Source: a bacterium
GTDB taxonomy: Bacteria; Hinthialibacterota; Hinthialibacteria; Hinthialibacterales; Hinthialibacteraceae
Length of the DNA: 22,092 bases
Direction of reading: 5' to 3'
NCBI GenBank assembly: GCA_041946805.1
Contig: JBHGBC010000097.1
Location: 1 to 22,092, forward strand
The position numbers and the translations under genes are program-made. The stretch's first letter is position 1; each line of letters begins with the position of its first letter. Positions 1-8,783 of the stretch are shown one piece after another. The notes under the pieces were generated by a model, which saw only the letters and a list, made by a program, of their open reading frames with translations, searched no databases and was not told where the DNA came from.

Positions 1-59
1 CGGGCCATGGTGTAGTATTCCTCCACCGTGAAACGCCTTTTGGTCACCGAAACCGCCAT
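1..59 (-). CDS. Uma2/DUF820-family putative endonuclease, 5' part only (runs off window)
   Basis: Reverse strand from ATG at 59 reads MAVSVTKRRFTVEEYYTMAR, matching the typical Uma2 N-terminus (RRFTVEEY..M). SD-like AAGGAAGGT lies just upstream. Not in the ORF track. Confidence 0.8.
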   Translation of the reverse strand, partial: MAVSVTKRRFTVEEYYTMA

Positions 60-274
60 GGGGGCCACCTTCCTTTCGTTTCTACACAAAGTATAAACTG
101 GAACGGACCCAGGGTAAACTCGAAAAAATGGGTGGAAACCTGGAATCCGGATGCCGGCGCCGGGATTCCCAATCGGAGAACCGTGTGGATTTCAGTCCGG
201 CGCCCCCTGCGGCGGAATCCATCCTAAATCCTCAAAACTCCTGGATTAATCGCGGTGGTACTGGCTAAATTTCT

Positions 275-301
275 TCAGTCAGGATATGGACCAGCCGATA
301 T
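275..301 (+). promoter_or_regulatory. Putative sigma28 (FliA/SigD) promoter for motAB
   Basis: GCCGATAT at 294-301 matches the SigD/FliA -10 consensus. TCAG at 275-278 lies 15 nt upstream (consensus TAAA, so an imperfect -35). About 40 nt before motA. Confidence 0.55.
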
Positions 302-343
302 TTCCCATGAAGGAGCGCATCCTCATCCCTGGGTATTGTGATT

Positions 344-1201
344 ATGTATGCCATTATTGGTATGATTCTGGTTTTTGCCGCCGTGGTGGGCTGCTTTGTC
401 CTTGAGGAGGGGAATCCCTTTCTGTTGATCCAACCGGTGGAGATACTCCTTATTTTTGGAATTGCCGGGGGGGCGTACCTCATATCCAACCCCATCTCGG
501 TCGTGATGGGCGCGATCAAGGCTCTTCCCTCGATCTTTACCTACAAAAATAAAACGAAACAAGAATTCCTCAATTTGTTGTCCTTGTTGTACAAATTGTT
601 TGTGAAAATGAAACGGGACGGCCAGATCTCGATCGAAGCCGACATCGAGAATCCCAAGAAAAGCGATTTGTTTCACGAGCATACTTCCTTGCTGAACAAT
701 CATCATGCCATCAATTTCCTGTGCGACAATCTGAAAGTCATCATCAGCACGAATCTGGCCAACTACGAATTGGAGGATCTGATGGACAAGGACATCGACA
801 CCCACCATCAGGAGGCCAACGAGATCGCCCATAGCGTGGCCCGGGTGGCGGATGGCATGCCGGGCATCGGGATCGTGGCGGCGGTCTTGGGCGTGGTGTT
901 GACCATGGGACGCATCGACCGGCCGCCCTCGGAAATCGGACATGGAATCGCCGTGGCCATGTTGGGCACCTTTTTCGGGATTTTGATGTGTTATGGGATC
1001 ATCGGGCCCATGGCGGTCTGCCTGGAGCATAAATTCAAGGAGGAAATCTCTCTTCTCAACGTCATCAAGGTGGGCATCGTATCGTTCGTGGGCGGAACCG
1101 ATCCGATGATGGCGGCGGAATTCGCCCGCCGCATCATCCCTGCTTACGCCAAGCCCAGTTTCGTGGAACTCGAAAGCACCCTGAAGGGAAAGGGCAAATG
1201 A
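344..1201 (+). CDS. motA: Flagellar motor stator protein MotA
   Basis: Four hydrophobic segments. LYKLFVKMKRDGQISIEADIENP aligns with E. coli LYRLMAKSRQMGMFSLERDIENP. Also ADGMPGIGIVAAVLG, AMLGTFFGILMCYG..GP and PSFVELE. Start ATG 344 (or GTG 338). Confidence 0.96.
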   Translation: MYAIIGMILVFAAVVGCFVLEEGNPFLLIQPVEILLIFGIAGGAYLISNPISVVMGAIKALPSIFTYKNKTKQEFLNLLSLLYKLFVKMKRDGQISIEADIENPKKSDLFHEHTSLLNNHHAINFLCDNLKVIISTNLANYELEDLMDKDIDTHHQEANEIAHSVARVADGMPGIGIVAAVLGVVLTMGRIDRPPSEIGHGIAVAMLGTFFGILMCYGIIGPMAVCLEHKFKEEISLLNVIKVGIVSFVGGTDPMMAAEFARRIIPAYAKPSFVELESTLKGKGK

Positions 1202-2058
1202 AAAACGAAAACCTGACCCTCATCATCAAGAAAATCTCCCGCCCTAATGAAGGGGGCGCGCATGGCGGCGCGTGGAAGGTGGCTTTCGCCGACTTTATGA
1301 CCGCCATGATGAGTTTTTTCCTGGTGATGTGGCTGGTGAACATCGTCACTCCGGACAAACGGGGAGCCATCGCCGAATACATGCGCAATTACCGCGTTTT
1401 CTCGTTCCTCCAGGGATCCAGTCCAGTGGGTAAAGCGGCGATCCTGCCCAATGCCTCCCCGAATCCTCCCATCGACTCGTCCAATTCGAAAAGTTTGATG
1501 TCGCTGCTCAAGGTCGTAATCGATACGAAGTTGCTTGATCTTCAGAACTCTATCGTGATCCGCGCCCGGGACAACGGGGTGCGCCTGGACATCCTTGATC
1601 CAGATGACAACCTCCTGACCGAGCAGGGAACCACCCGCCTGAACGAAAAGGCTCAGCGGACCATCCAGGCTGTCAGTGAGGCGATCGGCAATTACGACTA
1701 CAAAATCGCCCTGGAAGGGCACACGGACGACCAACCCCCGGCATCCGCGGATTACACCAATTGGGAGTTGTCGGCAGGACGGGCCTTGAGCGCCCGGAAG
1801 GCGTTTGTGGATCACGGGATCGACAACGACCGCATTACCCTGGTGGCCGGTTATGCCGCCTCGCGCCCGCTGGTCGAGAGCGCCACGGCGGAAGCGAAGA
1901 ACCGGCGCATCAGCGTTTATATTTCCAACACGGAGCCTACCGATCTCGGTGATATGCTGCCCATTTCGGAACGGCCGCGAACATGGAAACCAAACGAAAA
2001 GGAAGATAATTCGGAGGACCTGTCGAAGCCGCTGGAGAAGCGGGTAACTTCCGGATGA
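1198..2058 (+). CDS. motB: Flagellar motor stator protein MotB (OmpA-like peptidoglycan-binding domain)
   Basis: HGGAWKVAFADFMTAMMSFFLVMWL contains the essential Asp. EGHTD...NWELSAGRA...NRRI marks the OmpA-like domain. ATGA overlap with motA. Confidence 0.96.
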   Translation: MKNENLTLIIKKISRPNEGGAHGGAWKVAFADFMTAMMSFFLVMWLVNIVTPDKRGAIAEYMRNYRVFSFLQGSSPVGKAAILPNASPNPPIDSSNSKSLMSLLKVVIDTKLLDLQNSIVIRARDNGVRLDILDPDDNLLTEQGTTRLNEKAQRTIQAVSEAIGNYDYKIALEGHTDDQPPASADYTNWELSAGRALSARKAFVDHGIDNDRITLVAGYAASRPLVESATAEAKNRRISVYISNTEPTDLGDMLPISERPRTWKPNEKEDNSEDLSKPLEKRVTSG

Positions 2059-2128
2059 AACGGGGGGAGGATCACCGGGCGGCCGAATCCGAAAACTTGG
2101 CGGGGGTGGCGTGGTATTCCATGGGGAA

Positions 2129-2188
2129 CAGGATGGGGACTAGGTATCCCATCCTGCCTGGATACGGGGGGACACCCAGATCCGCCCC
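2129..2188. repeat. Two REP-like palindromes downstream of motB
   Basis: CAGGATGGG (2129-2137) pairs with CCCATCCTG (2148-2156). The minus strand of 2166-2188 (GGGGCGGATCTGGGTGTCCCCCC) matches 19482-19504 at 21/23. Confidence 0.65.
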
Positions 2189-2351
2189 AGCCAAAATTCC
2201 CTCCCCCTAGCCCCATCCCCCCGGGCTGCTCTCCGTACACATTTTCCTATGAGAATGCCGAAATGGCCATTTTCCAGCCCATGAACAATTGATAAAAACA
2301 CTCCCACCCGCGTTTCATGATGACCGGACCCGGCGGAAGCAGCCCCCGGGG

Positions 2352-2378
2352 AGAGGGAATCGTTTCGCGATCCCCTCT
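2352..2378 (-). terminator. Hairpin downstream of the TPR gene (possible terminator or stabiliser)
   Basis: Minus strand AGAGGGGATCG-CGAAA-CGATTCCCTCT forms an 11-bp stem with one G-U pair. No U-tract follows. Confidence 0.3.
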
Positions 2379-2435
2379 ATACACAGAATAAAGCCATGAG
2401 AAAGGTAGGCGTTCAGGTAAATAGTTACAAAAGAA

Positions 2436-2756
2436 TCACATATATCCCATCGCCAATTGCCGCGAGATGGCCATGGCCTCTTCCGCCTCGGGGATCATCC
2501 CTTTTTTTACCAGCACGCGTGACAGGTTGGTGTAACTCAACGGTTCGCGAGGGCTCAGATCGACCGCACGCCGCGCTGCTTCCAGCGCCGGATCCAGTTC
2601 CCCTAACATTTGGAAGCTCATCGAGATGGCCATGTAGATCTCGCCGTCATCCGGATCGATTTCCAAGGCCTTCCGGTATTCTTCGATTGCTTCGCGGTGT
2701 TTCCCCTGGCCGTAGAGATCAAGTCCTTGGTTGTAATGGTCGTCTTTGGTCGCCAT
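2436..2756 (-). CDS. Small tetratricopeptide-repeat protein (about 3 TPRs)
   Basis: YNQGLDLYGQGKHREAIEEYRKALEIDP, ...ALEAARRAVDLSP and YTNLSRVLVKKG..EAEE follow the 34-aa TPR pattern. SD-like AAAGGA upstream. Confidence 0.9.
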   Translation of the reverse strand: MATKDDHYNQGLDLYGQGKHREAIEEYRKALEIDPDDGEIYMAISMSFQMLGELDPALEAARRAVDLSPREPLSYTNLSRVLVKKGMIPEAEEAMAISRQLAMGYM

Positions 2757-2892
2757 TGTTGTCCTTTACTCCCATTGAAATGGTACATAACAGTGTAGCA
2801 TGGGGAAAAATCTGGACAACGTAGGAGGTTTGTGGGCGGGATACTCTTGCCAATTTGTTTGCCGCGCTAGTAGAAAAGATGGAGGAAACTAT

Positions 2893-2977
2893 GAGAGGCC
2901 GAGGCTCCCGCCGAGCCGGTCATTCCGTAAAAGTGAATATTCACCTATGGACGGCTCACCAGGAGGTTCGCCCTCCC
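2893..2977. repeat. Long imperfect inverted repeat (REP-doublet-like) with a central 12-bp palindrome
   Basis: Left arm GAGAGGCCGAGGCTCCCGCCGAGCCG vs right arm CGGCTCACCAGGAGGTTCGCCCTCCC (19/26 complementary). GTGAATATTCAC at 2933-2944. Confidence 0.7.
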
Positions 2978-2988
2978 GCAAAATTTTT

Positions 2989-3021
2989 CCCTCTCCCTCC
3001 GGGAGAGGGCCAGGGAGAGGG
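2989..3021. repeat. CCCTCTCCC-N3-GGGAGAGGG palindromic repeat (family A)
   Basis: Perfect 9-bp stem followed by CCAGGGAGAGGG. Related copies at 10092, 10303, 12462, 12635, 19445 and 20768. Confidence 0.8.
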
Positions 3022-3061
3022 AAATTGCGGTGCAGGCATCCTGCCTTCAAACATCTTGCTT

Positions 3062-4615
3062 TCATTTTGCCATGGGAGCAACCGCCGAGGAGGGTACCAC
3101 CGCGCTGGGGGGAAGGATGATGGTGAACGTGGCTCCCTCGCCGGGGACGGAATGGACCGTGATCCGTCCTCCCAGCAGCTGGGTCAACTCCTTGGTGATC
3201 GTCAAACCCAGGCCCACGCCCTTGGGCCCGGAGTTGGAATTCGGCCCCCGGGTGAATTCGTGGAAGATCCGGTCCTGGTCGCCGGGGGAGATCCCCGGGC
3301 CCGTGTCGCGCACCGCGATGGCGACGGAAGCGTCTTCCCGCGGCTCGGCCGAAAGTTCGACAAAGCCCTCGTGGGTAAACTTGATGGCGTTGCTGATTAG
3401 ATTTTGCAGGATCAGATAAAACTTGTCGCGGTCGGTGTGGAGGCGGGGGAGCGCGGGATTGGGCTGATAGCGCAGTTCCAGGTTTTTGCTTTCCGCCAGG
3501 GGCTGGAGATTTTCCACCAGGTTCCGCAACAAACTATCCAGTTCGAAGGTCTCGGTTTCCAGCGTAACATGTCCGCTTTCGACACGGGACAATTGCAGGA
3601 TGCCGTCGATGAGGTGCAGCAGCACCTGGACGTTGCGGTGGATGATTTCCGTGGCGTGCGCCTGCTTGGGGGTGATTTCGCCGTAGATTCCATCCGCGAT
3701 CAGGCTGCTGGCGCTCAGGATGCTGTTGAGGGGGGCGCGCAGATCGTGCGAGAGCCGGGCATACAGGCGGTTTTTCTGTTGCTGCAGACCGTGGAGATTC
3801 TCGTTGGTCTCCTTGAGTTGGGCGGCGAATTTTTCGATTTCGCGCGTGTGTTCTTCGATCCGCCGGATGTACATGTCGCTCTCATGTTCATGGTGATGCA
3901 TGAGGCGCGCCGTGAACATCCCGAAAGGAATCACGATCGCCAAAAACAAAAACGATCCCACGGCCACAACAAACGGCACGATCTCCTTGAGCTGCTCCTG
4001 CACGGTGTTTTCAAACTGGTGAATGCCGATCAGCCACTTCTCCCCGTCGATGTTGATCAGCCGGAAATCGACCAACTGGTCTTCCTGGGTGTTGTGCCAA
4101 TGGCCGGAAATTTTGGTCTCCGGCGTGGAGCGGATCAAATCCTCGGTGCGCAAGGTGCGGCTGTAATCCAGTTGACCGTTTGAGGGCGAGACGGGGATGA
4201 ACTTCCAATCCTTGGCCAACACCGGCGGGGCGGAGGGGGCGCGGCCGGGCGCGGCCTGCAGGTAGGCGTTGGAATCCACCAGGCAGATATAACCCCGGTT
4301 GGGAATCTCGTAATTGTTGATATATTCTTGCACCAATTTGATCCATTCCTCGCGGCTGTAAGTGATGCGGCGCGTTTCGCGCAGGAAACTCTCGAAGGTG
4401 TGAGACAAGGCGTCGTTGTCGCGCATGACCTGGTCGAAAAGAATGATCCGGAAGCGGCTGACGATCTTGTATCCGGTGATGGGCAAACCAATAGCCAGAA
4501 CCAAGGCCAACGCCGCGACGATCAGCCAAAAGAGGCGCCGGCTGGATTCAAAGGTGAGGAATTTACCTCCATGGGCAAGTGGTTCCATGGTATCCTTGTA
4601 TACATTTAATTCCAT
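3062..4615 (-). CDS. Membrane sensor histidine kinase (two TM helices, extracytoplasmic Cache-like region, HisKA + HATPase_c)
   Basis: H-box LSHDLRAPLNSI, N-box QNLISNAIKFT, G1 DTGPGI, G2 GVGLGL. TM segments LFWLIVAALALVLAIGLPI and IVPFVVAVGSFLFLAIVIPFGMF. Start uncertain (ATG 4615 or 4588); the track start at 4654 abuts the divergent gene. Confidence 0.93.
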   Translation of the reverse strand: MELNVYKDTMEPLAHGGKFLTFESSRRLFWLIVAALALVLAIGLPITGYKIVSRFRIILFDQVMRDNDALSHTFESFLRETRRITYSREEWIKLVQEYINNYEIPNRGYICLVDSNAYLQAAPGRAPSAPPVLAKDWKFIPVSPSNGQLDYSRTLRTEDLIRSTPETKISGHWHNTQEDQLVDFRLINIDGEKWLIGIHQFENTVQEQLKEIVPFVVAVGSFLFLAIVIPFGMFTARLMHHHEHESDMYIRRIEEHTREIEKFAAQLKETNENLHGLQQQKNRLYARLSHDLRAPLNSILSASSLIADGIYGEITPKQAHATEIIHRNVQVLLHLIDGILQLSRVESGHVTLETETFELDSLLRNLVENLQPLAESKNLELRYQPNPALPRLHTDRDKFYLILQNLISNAIKFTHEGFVELSAEPREDASVAIAVRDTGPGISPGDQDRIFHEFTRGPNSNSGPKGVGLGLTITKELTQLLGGRITVHSVPGEGATFTIILPPSAVVPSSAVAPMAK

Positions 4616-4656
4616 GGATGTTCTTATTGTGCTTGTGAATCCAGGGGTTGTCAACG

Positions 4657-6261
4657 ATGAAAACGGCGGATCACGGCATGCTCAACGATTATCCGCGGGC
4701 CACCGCGCTGCTCCTGTTCCTGATCGCGCTGACCTTGCGTTTTTACCACCTGCCGGACAATCCCGCCGGCTTTTTCCGCGATGAGGCCGACAAAGGCTAC
4801 ACGTCGTTTTGCTTATTAACGAATGGGCAAGACCAAACGGGACGCTCCTGGCCTCTTTTTGTCCGCTCGTTGAACGTTGCGACCTCCGGATTTTATCAAT
4901 ACGCCGATCTGCCTTTTGTGGCGGCCTTGGGACTGACCGAACTCGCCGTGCGCCTGCCCGCGTGCCTGGCCGGAGCCGGATCGGCGCTGGCCGCGTACGC
5001 CCTGGCCGCCCGGTTGTGGAATCCCGCGGCGGGCGCCTGGGCGGGGCTCTTCGTGGCGTTGACGCCTTGGAGCCTGTTGCTCAGCCGTTGGGCCAATCAA
5101 TCGATTTTCTTGACCCTTTGGATTCCCCTGGGGCTTTTCTTCTTCCTGCGGCAAAAGGACCGTCCCGTATCCGGACCCGGCCACGCGGCGCTTTCCGCCT
5201 TGTTTTTCCTGCTGGCCCTCTACACCTACGCGCCCGCGCAGCTCTACGTCCCGGTATTGGTGGTTTTGCTATGGCTGGTTTCTCTCGGCCGGGAGACGCT
5301 CGCGCCAGTCCACCGGGGGAAATTTATCCGCTCGTGGTTCGTTTTCATTGCGGTCTTCCTGCTGGGTGCGCTGCCCCTGCTGTATCATATTCTCTATCAG
5401 CCCGTGGAAAGCGGCGCACGGTTCTCCGCGATTTCGATCTTCGACGGGCGGCCCCTGGCTTCGGTGGCGTTCGAGTGGCTGAAGAACTATTTCCTCCATT
5501 TTTCTCCGGGATTTTTATTCTTTCATGGGGATAACAACCTCCGCCACAATACCGCCGTCTTCGGACAGCTGCACTGGTACCTGTTGCCCCTGCTCGTGGC
5601 GGGATTTTTGCGCATCATCACCCGCCGTTCCCGCGTGGACCGCATTCTCCTGGTATGGCTGCTCTGTTTCCCCATCGCCGCGGCCTGCACCCGGGAATCG
5701 ATCCCCCACGCCTTGCGGAGCATCTTCGCCGTGCCGGTGTTTCAGGTCATCGCCGCGTATGGCCTCGTGTCCCTGGGGGAGTGGAAGGACCGGATGGAAC
5801 AATGGACCTCCCGGGACCTGGTCAAGGCGTGCCGGTATCTGTGGTTCGCAGCGGTGATATTATGTCCATCCGTCTATCTTTATGATCTCTATGTCCGCTA
5901 TCCCGTTTATTCGGCGGTGGATTGGGAATACGGCTACCGGGACGCGGTGGGCTGGTGGCGGGAACATCACCACGAGGCCGGGAAGGCCGTCGTCTCCGGC
6001 CTGGCCGAGTATCCGTATATCTTCTTTCTCTTTTATGACGCCTATCCACCGGAGAAGTGGATTCAGGAGCAGAAAATCGAAGGGGTCGAGTTTGTTCCCA
6101 CCGGCGCGCCCATCCATCCGTATCTCCAAAAGACGGAACACCGGGTATTTTATTTGCTCCGCGCGCAGGAACTTCCCGCCGTCCAGCCGGAGAAGGTGAT
6201 ATACACCCCCGCCGGGGAAATCATCTGGAAATGGGCGGCCTGGGGGAGGAAGGGCGGGTGA
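4657..6261 (+). CDS. GT39/PMT/ArnT-like GT-C membrane glycosyltransferase
   Basis: TM1 ends in LRFYHL, followed by the PAGFFRDEA acidic motif. LGLTELAVRLP and many TM helices, then a soluble C-terminal domain. Confidence 0.88.
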   Translation: MKTADHGMLNDYPRATALLLFLIALTLRFYHLPDNPAGFFRDEADKGYTSFCLLTNGQDQTGRSWPLFVRSLNVATSGFYQYADLPFVAALGLTELAVRLPACLAGAGSALAAYALAARLWNPAAGAWAGLFVALTPWSLLLSRWANQSIFLTLWIPLGLFFFLRQKDRPVSGPGHAALSALFFLLALYTYAPAQLYVPVLVVLLWLVSLGRETLAPVHRGKFIRSWFVFIAVFLLGALPLLYHILYQPVESGARFSAISIFDGRPLASVAFEWLKNYFLHFSPGFLFFHGDNNLRHNTAVFGQLHWYLLPLLVAGFLRIITRRSRVDRILLVWLLCFPIAAACTRESIPHALRSIFAVPVFQVIAAYGLVSLGEWKDRMEQWTSRDLVKACRYLWFAAVILCPSVYLYDLYVRYPVYSAVDWEYGYRDAVGWWREHHHEAGKAVVSGLAEYPYIFFLFYDAYPPEKWIQEQKIEGVEFVPTGAPIHPYLQKTEHRVFYLLRAQELPAVQPEKVIYTPAGEIIWKWAAWGRKGG

Positions 6262-6284
6262 GTTTGGGGTAATAATAATCCGCC

Positions 6285-6405
6285 GGCGGGACGCCCGCGC
6301 TACAAAGTATTTATGCAGGCGGGCCGCCTGCGCTACAAGGGTGGATCATCACCGGATGACCGGGGCGGATTGATGGGTTACGCCCGGCGGGCTAACCCAT
6401 CCTAC
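6285..6405 (-). repeat. Cluster of three GTAG-type REP elements
   Basis: GGCGGGACGCCCGCGCTACAA (6285-6305) and GGCGGGCCGCCTGCGCTACAA (6318-6338) match at 19/21. Minus-strand GTAGGATGGGTTAGCCCGCCGGGCGTAACCCATC at 6372-6405. All carry GTAG 5' of a hairpin on the minus strand. Confidence 0.85.
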
Positions 6406-6465
6406 GGGTCCTAAATCCCGGTCCCCTTGGTGCTCTACCCGTCCTTGGGTATAAGTTAAAGAGAA

Positions 6466-7311
6466 ATGATCGAGATCATCCAATCTTCATCCGGGAATGG
6501 AAACCAAACGGGCATGGACCTACAGCGCATCGTGCAAGAGATGCGTCCCGTGATTTATCAGGCGGGCCGTATCGCCATGGATCACTTCCGGAATGTCAAG
6601 GCGGAACGGAAAGCGGACCGCAGTTTCGTCACCGCGGCGGACCGCGATGTCGAACAATTCGTCCGGGAGGAATTGCATCACCGGTTTCCGGAGCATGGCG
6701 TGTACGGCGAGGAAACCGGGCATCACCGGATGAAGAACGCGGAATATGTCTGGGCGATCGATCCCATCGACGGTACCGCTCCGTTCGTGTACGAGCTGCC
6801 GGTGTGGTGTATCTCCGTGGGATTGCTCAACCGGCATCAATCCCTGGCGGGCTTTGTTTATCTGCCAGTGACCGACGAACTCTTCTGGGCCATGGACGGC
6901 GGTCCGGCCTATTTGAACAACCGGGTGATCCAGGTAGCGGAACCACGGGAAATGGGGCGGGGCAGTTGCATCGTCGCGCCGTCCATCACGTTCCGCGGTT
7001 TCGAAGTGCGCTACGAGGGGCGGGCGTTGTCGTTCGGCTCGGCGGCGGCTCATATCTGCTGCGTCGCCCGGGGCAAGATTCAAGGTGGATTTCTCAACCA
7101 GGTCCGGGTGTATGACATCGCCGCGTCGGCCATGGTCCTCAAGGCGGCGGGCGGCGTGATGCGCTACCTGTCCGGCCGGGAGGTGGATTTGTGGGAACTG
7201 ATCAACGGCGATCAAACCCCCGAGCCGTTCGTCATCGGCCATCCCCAAAACGCCGAACAACTCCGGCAATTGTTCCTGCTCAAGGAAGTGGTCCCCGAAC
7301 CGCCGGAGTGA
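6466..7311 (+). CDS. Inositol monophosphatase family protein (SuhB/HisN-like)
   Basis: VTAAD, GEE, WAIDPIDGT, GSAA and YDIAA...AGG motifs. Alternative start at 6514. Confidence 0.93.
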   Translation: MIEIIQSSSGNGNQTGMDLQRIVQEMRPVIYQAGRIAMDHFRNVKAERKADRSFVTAADRDVEQFVREELHHRFPEHGVYGEETGHHRMKNAEYVWAIDPIDGTAPFVYELPVWCISVGLLNRHQSLAGFVYLPVTDELFWAMDGGPAYLNNRVIQVAEPREMGRGSCIVAPSITFRGFEVRYEGRALSFGSAAAHICCVARGKIQGGFLNQVRVYDIAASAMVLKAAGGVMRYLSGREVDLWELINGDQTPEPFVIGHPQNAEQLRQLFLLKEVVPEPPE

Positions 7312-7321
7312 AATCCTGCCT

Positions 7322-8761
7322 TCACCGCTGCTTCACCACGCTCCACAAGGTTTGCATTTCCCGCCAGGTGATGCCCTGGAAGGCGGCCAGAGCGGCGAGA
7401 TACGTCCCCCCGCCGATGGGCACTTCGATATACCAGGCGAAGTCGATCAGGCTCAGCAGCGCCGCCATGACCAGGCAGGCGGCCACGATGGCCGTGTAGC
7501 GGGGCAGGCCGGTGAACAGTTGGAAGTCCCGCGTGTACGCCAGCATGATCAGGCAATAGACGCCCTGCGACACCGCCGTGACCACCGCCGCCCCGTAGGC
7601 TCCGAACCCGTAAATGGCGGGGACATTCAACACCGCGTTGCTGGCGAGTCCCCAGGCGCTGGCCTTGAAGTTGAGTTGCTGCCGGTCGGTGGCGTTCAAG
7701 ATGGTCCCCAATAGAAAATTGGCGTAGATGAACGGCAGCGACCAGAGTAACAGAATGAACACAATCCCGCCCGCGCGGCCCAGTTCCGGCGTGAGCCATC
7801 GCATCATATTCATCCCGGTGCAGCTTCCCCCCACGGCGATGGGCAGGCTGATCAGAAACAATCCGCGCAGCAAATCGGCGGCGGACTGGGTAAACGGTTG
7901 TTGCTCGTGGAACAACTTGGAAAAGATCGGATACGCGGAGATCGCCAGCACCTGCGGAAACAGAAACAGGCCTTCCAAAAAGCGGTAGGGGGCGCGGTAC
8001 AGGCCGGTTTCGTCATCCCCGCGGATCCAGTTGACCATCACCGTGTCCTCGCGGTGCAGGAGGAGGATGCACACGGCCGACAATCCGATGGGAACGGCCA
8101 GCTTTTGCCAGCCGATCCAATCCTGATAAGTATACGCCGCCCGGTGAAAGCCGTAGCGGCGCAGGATCACCCACAGGTAGATGGCCAGCGACACCAGCGC
8201 CCCGCCGGTATAGCAGAGCACGATCAGCGGCAGCTGGGGCAGGACGTACAGCAGCGCGATCGCCGTCCCGATATGCGCTACCTTGTCCAGGATATTCGCG
8301 GCGCCTTCGTAGACCATCAGCTCCAATCCCCGGACGATGGCCCGCACCAGCATGATGACCGAAATCACGAAAAAATAGGTGATGGAACAGAAAATCAACA
8401 ATCCCGTATGCCCCGGCTGGGCCAGCAGCCATAGAAACGCGGCCATCGCCACGCCCCCCGCCAGCGCGGCCGCCAGCCGGAACAGCAGGAGCGGATACAG
8501 CATTTCCCCCGCTTCCTCCCGCCGCCGGGACGCTTCCCGCGTGACCGTCTGCTCCAGGCCGAAATCGATCAGCACGCTGAAAATGATCGCCATCTCGATG
8601 AAATACTCGATCCGGCCGAATCCCTCGCGTCCCAGAATCTCCACCGCCAGCACGGTGTACACCAGCAGCATGATTTTGCAGACAATGCCGCTGACGGCGA
8701 GGATGGTTCCATAGCGGGTGATGCGCGTGCCGATGCCAGGAGGTGGAGAGACGAGGTTCAT
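7322..8761 (-). CDS. Wzx-type oligosaccharide flippase (MOP superfamily)
   Basis: About 12-14 TM helices; LGREGFG, DFGLEQTVTRE, GLYRAPYR, AYPIFSK and IYGFGAYGAA patterns. Confidence 0.92.
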   Translation of the reverse strand: MNLVSPPPGIGTRITRYGTILAVSGIVCKIMLLVYTVLAVEILGREGFGRIEYFIEMAIIFSVLIDFGLEQTVTREASRRREEAGEMLYPLLLFRLAAALAGGVAMAAFLWLLAQPGHTGLLIFCSITYFFVISVIMLVRAIVRGLELMVYEGAANILDKVAHIGTAIALLYVLPQLPLIVLCYTGGALVSLAIYLWVILRRYGFHRAAYTYQDWIGWQKLAVPIGLSAVCILLLHREDTVMVNWIRGDDETGLYRAPYRFLEGLFLFPQVLAISAYPIFSKLFHEQQPFTQSAADLLRGLFLISLPIAVGGSCTGMNMMRWLTPELGRAGGIVFILLLWSLPFIYANFLLGTILNATDRQQLNFKASAWGLASNAVLNVPAIYGFGAYGAAVVTAVSQGVYCLIMLAYTRDFQLFTGLPRYTAIVAACLVMAALLSLIDFAWYIEVPIGGGTYLAALAAFQGITWREMQTLWSVVKQR

Positions 8762-8783
8762 GGAGGAGTCCTTGGGAAAAAGG

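Noticed and set aside
100..224. c-di-GMP-I riboswitch upstream of motAB
   Set aside because: GGTAAAC is present but the GACGCAAA/P2 elements are not. The GGCGCCGG/CCGGCGCC stem (156-204) lies upstream of the putative promoter and looks like another palindromic repeat.
344..2058. Zorya (ZorAB) anti-phage system
   Set aside because: MotA is canonical in length with no long cytoplasmic tail, rotor-contact charges are retained, and there is no zorC/D/E. The adjacent Uma2 gene is divergent and belongs to a common family.
2324..2345. SRP RNA domain IV-like CCGGACCCGGCGGAAGCAGCC
   Set aside because: It lacks the GNRA loop and the conserved CAGG, and the flanks cannot form the long SRP helix.
2855..3400. 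ORF with a strong SD (GGAGG) before ATG 2891
   Set aside because: It runs through two palindromic repeats and then antisense to the kinase; the product is not protein-like.
6285..6338. Mini CRISPR array
   Set aside because: Only two 21-bp units with a 12-bp spacer and no cas genes; GTAG-REP explains it.
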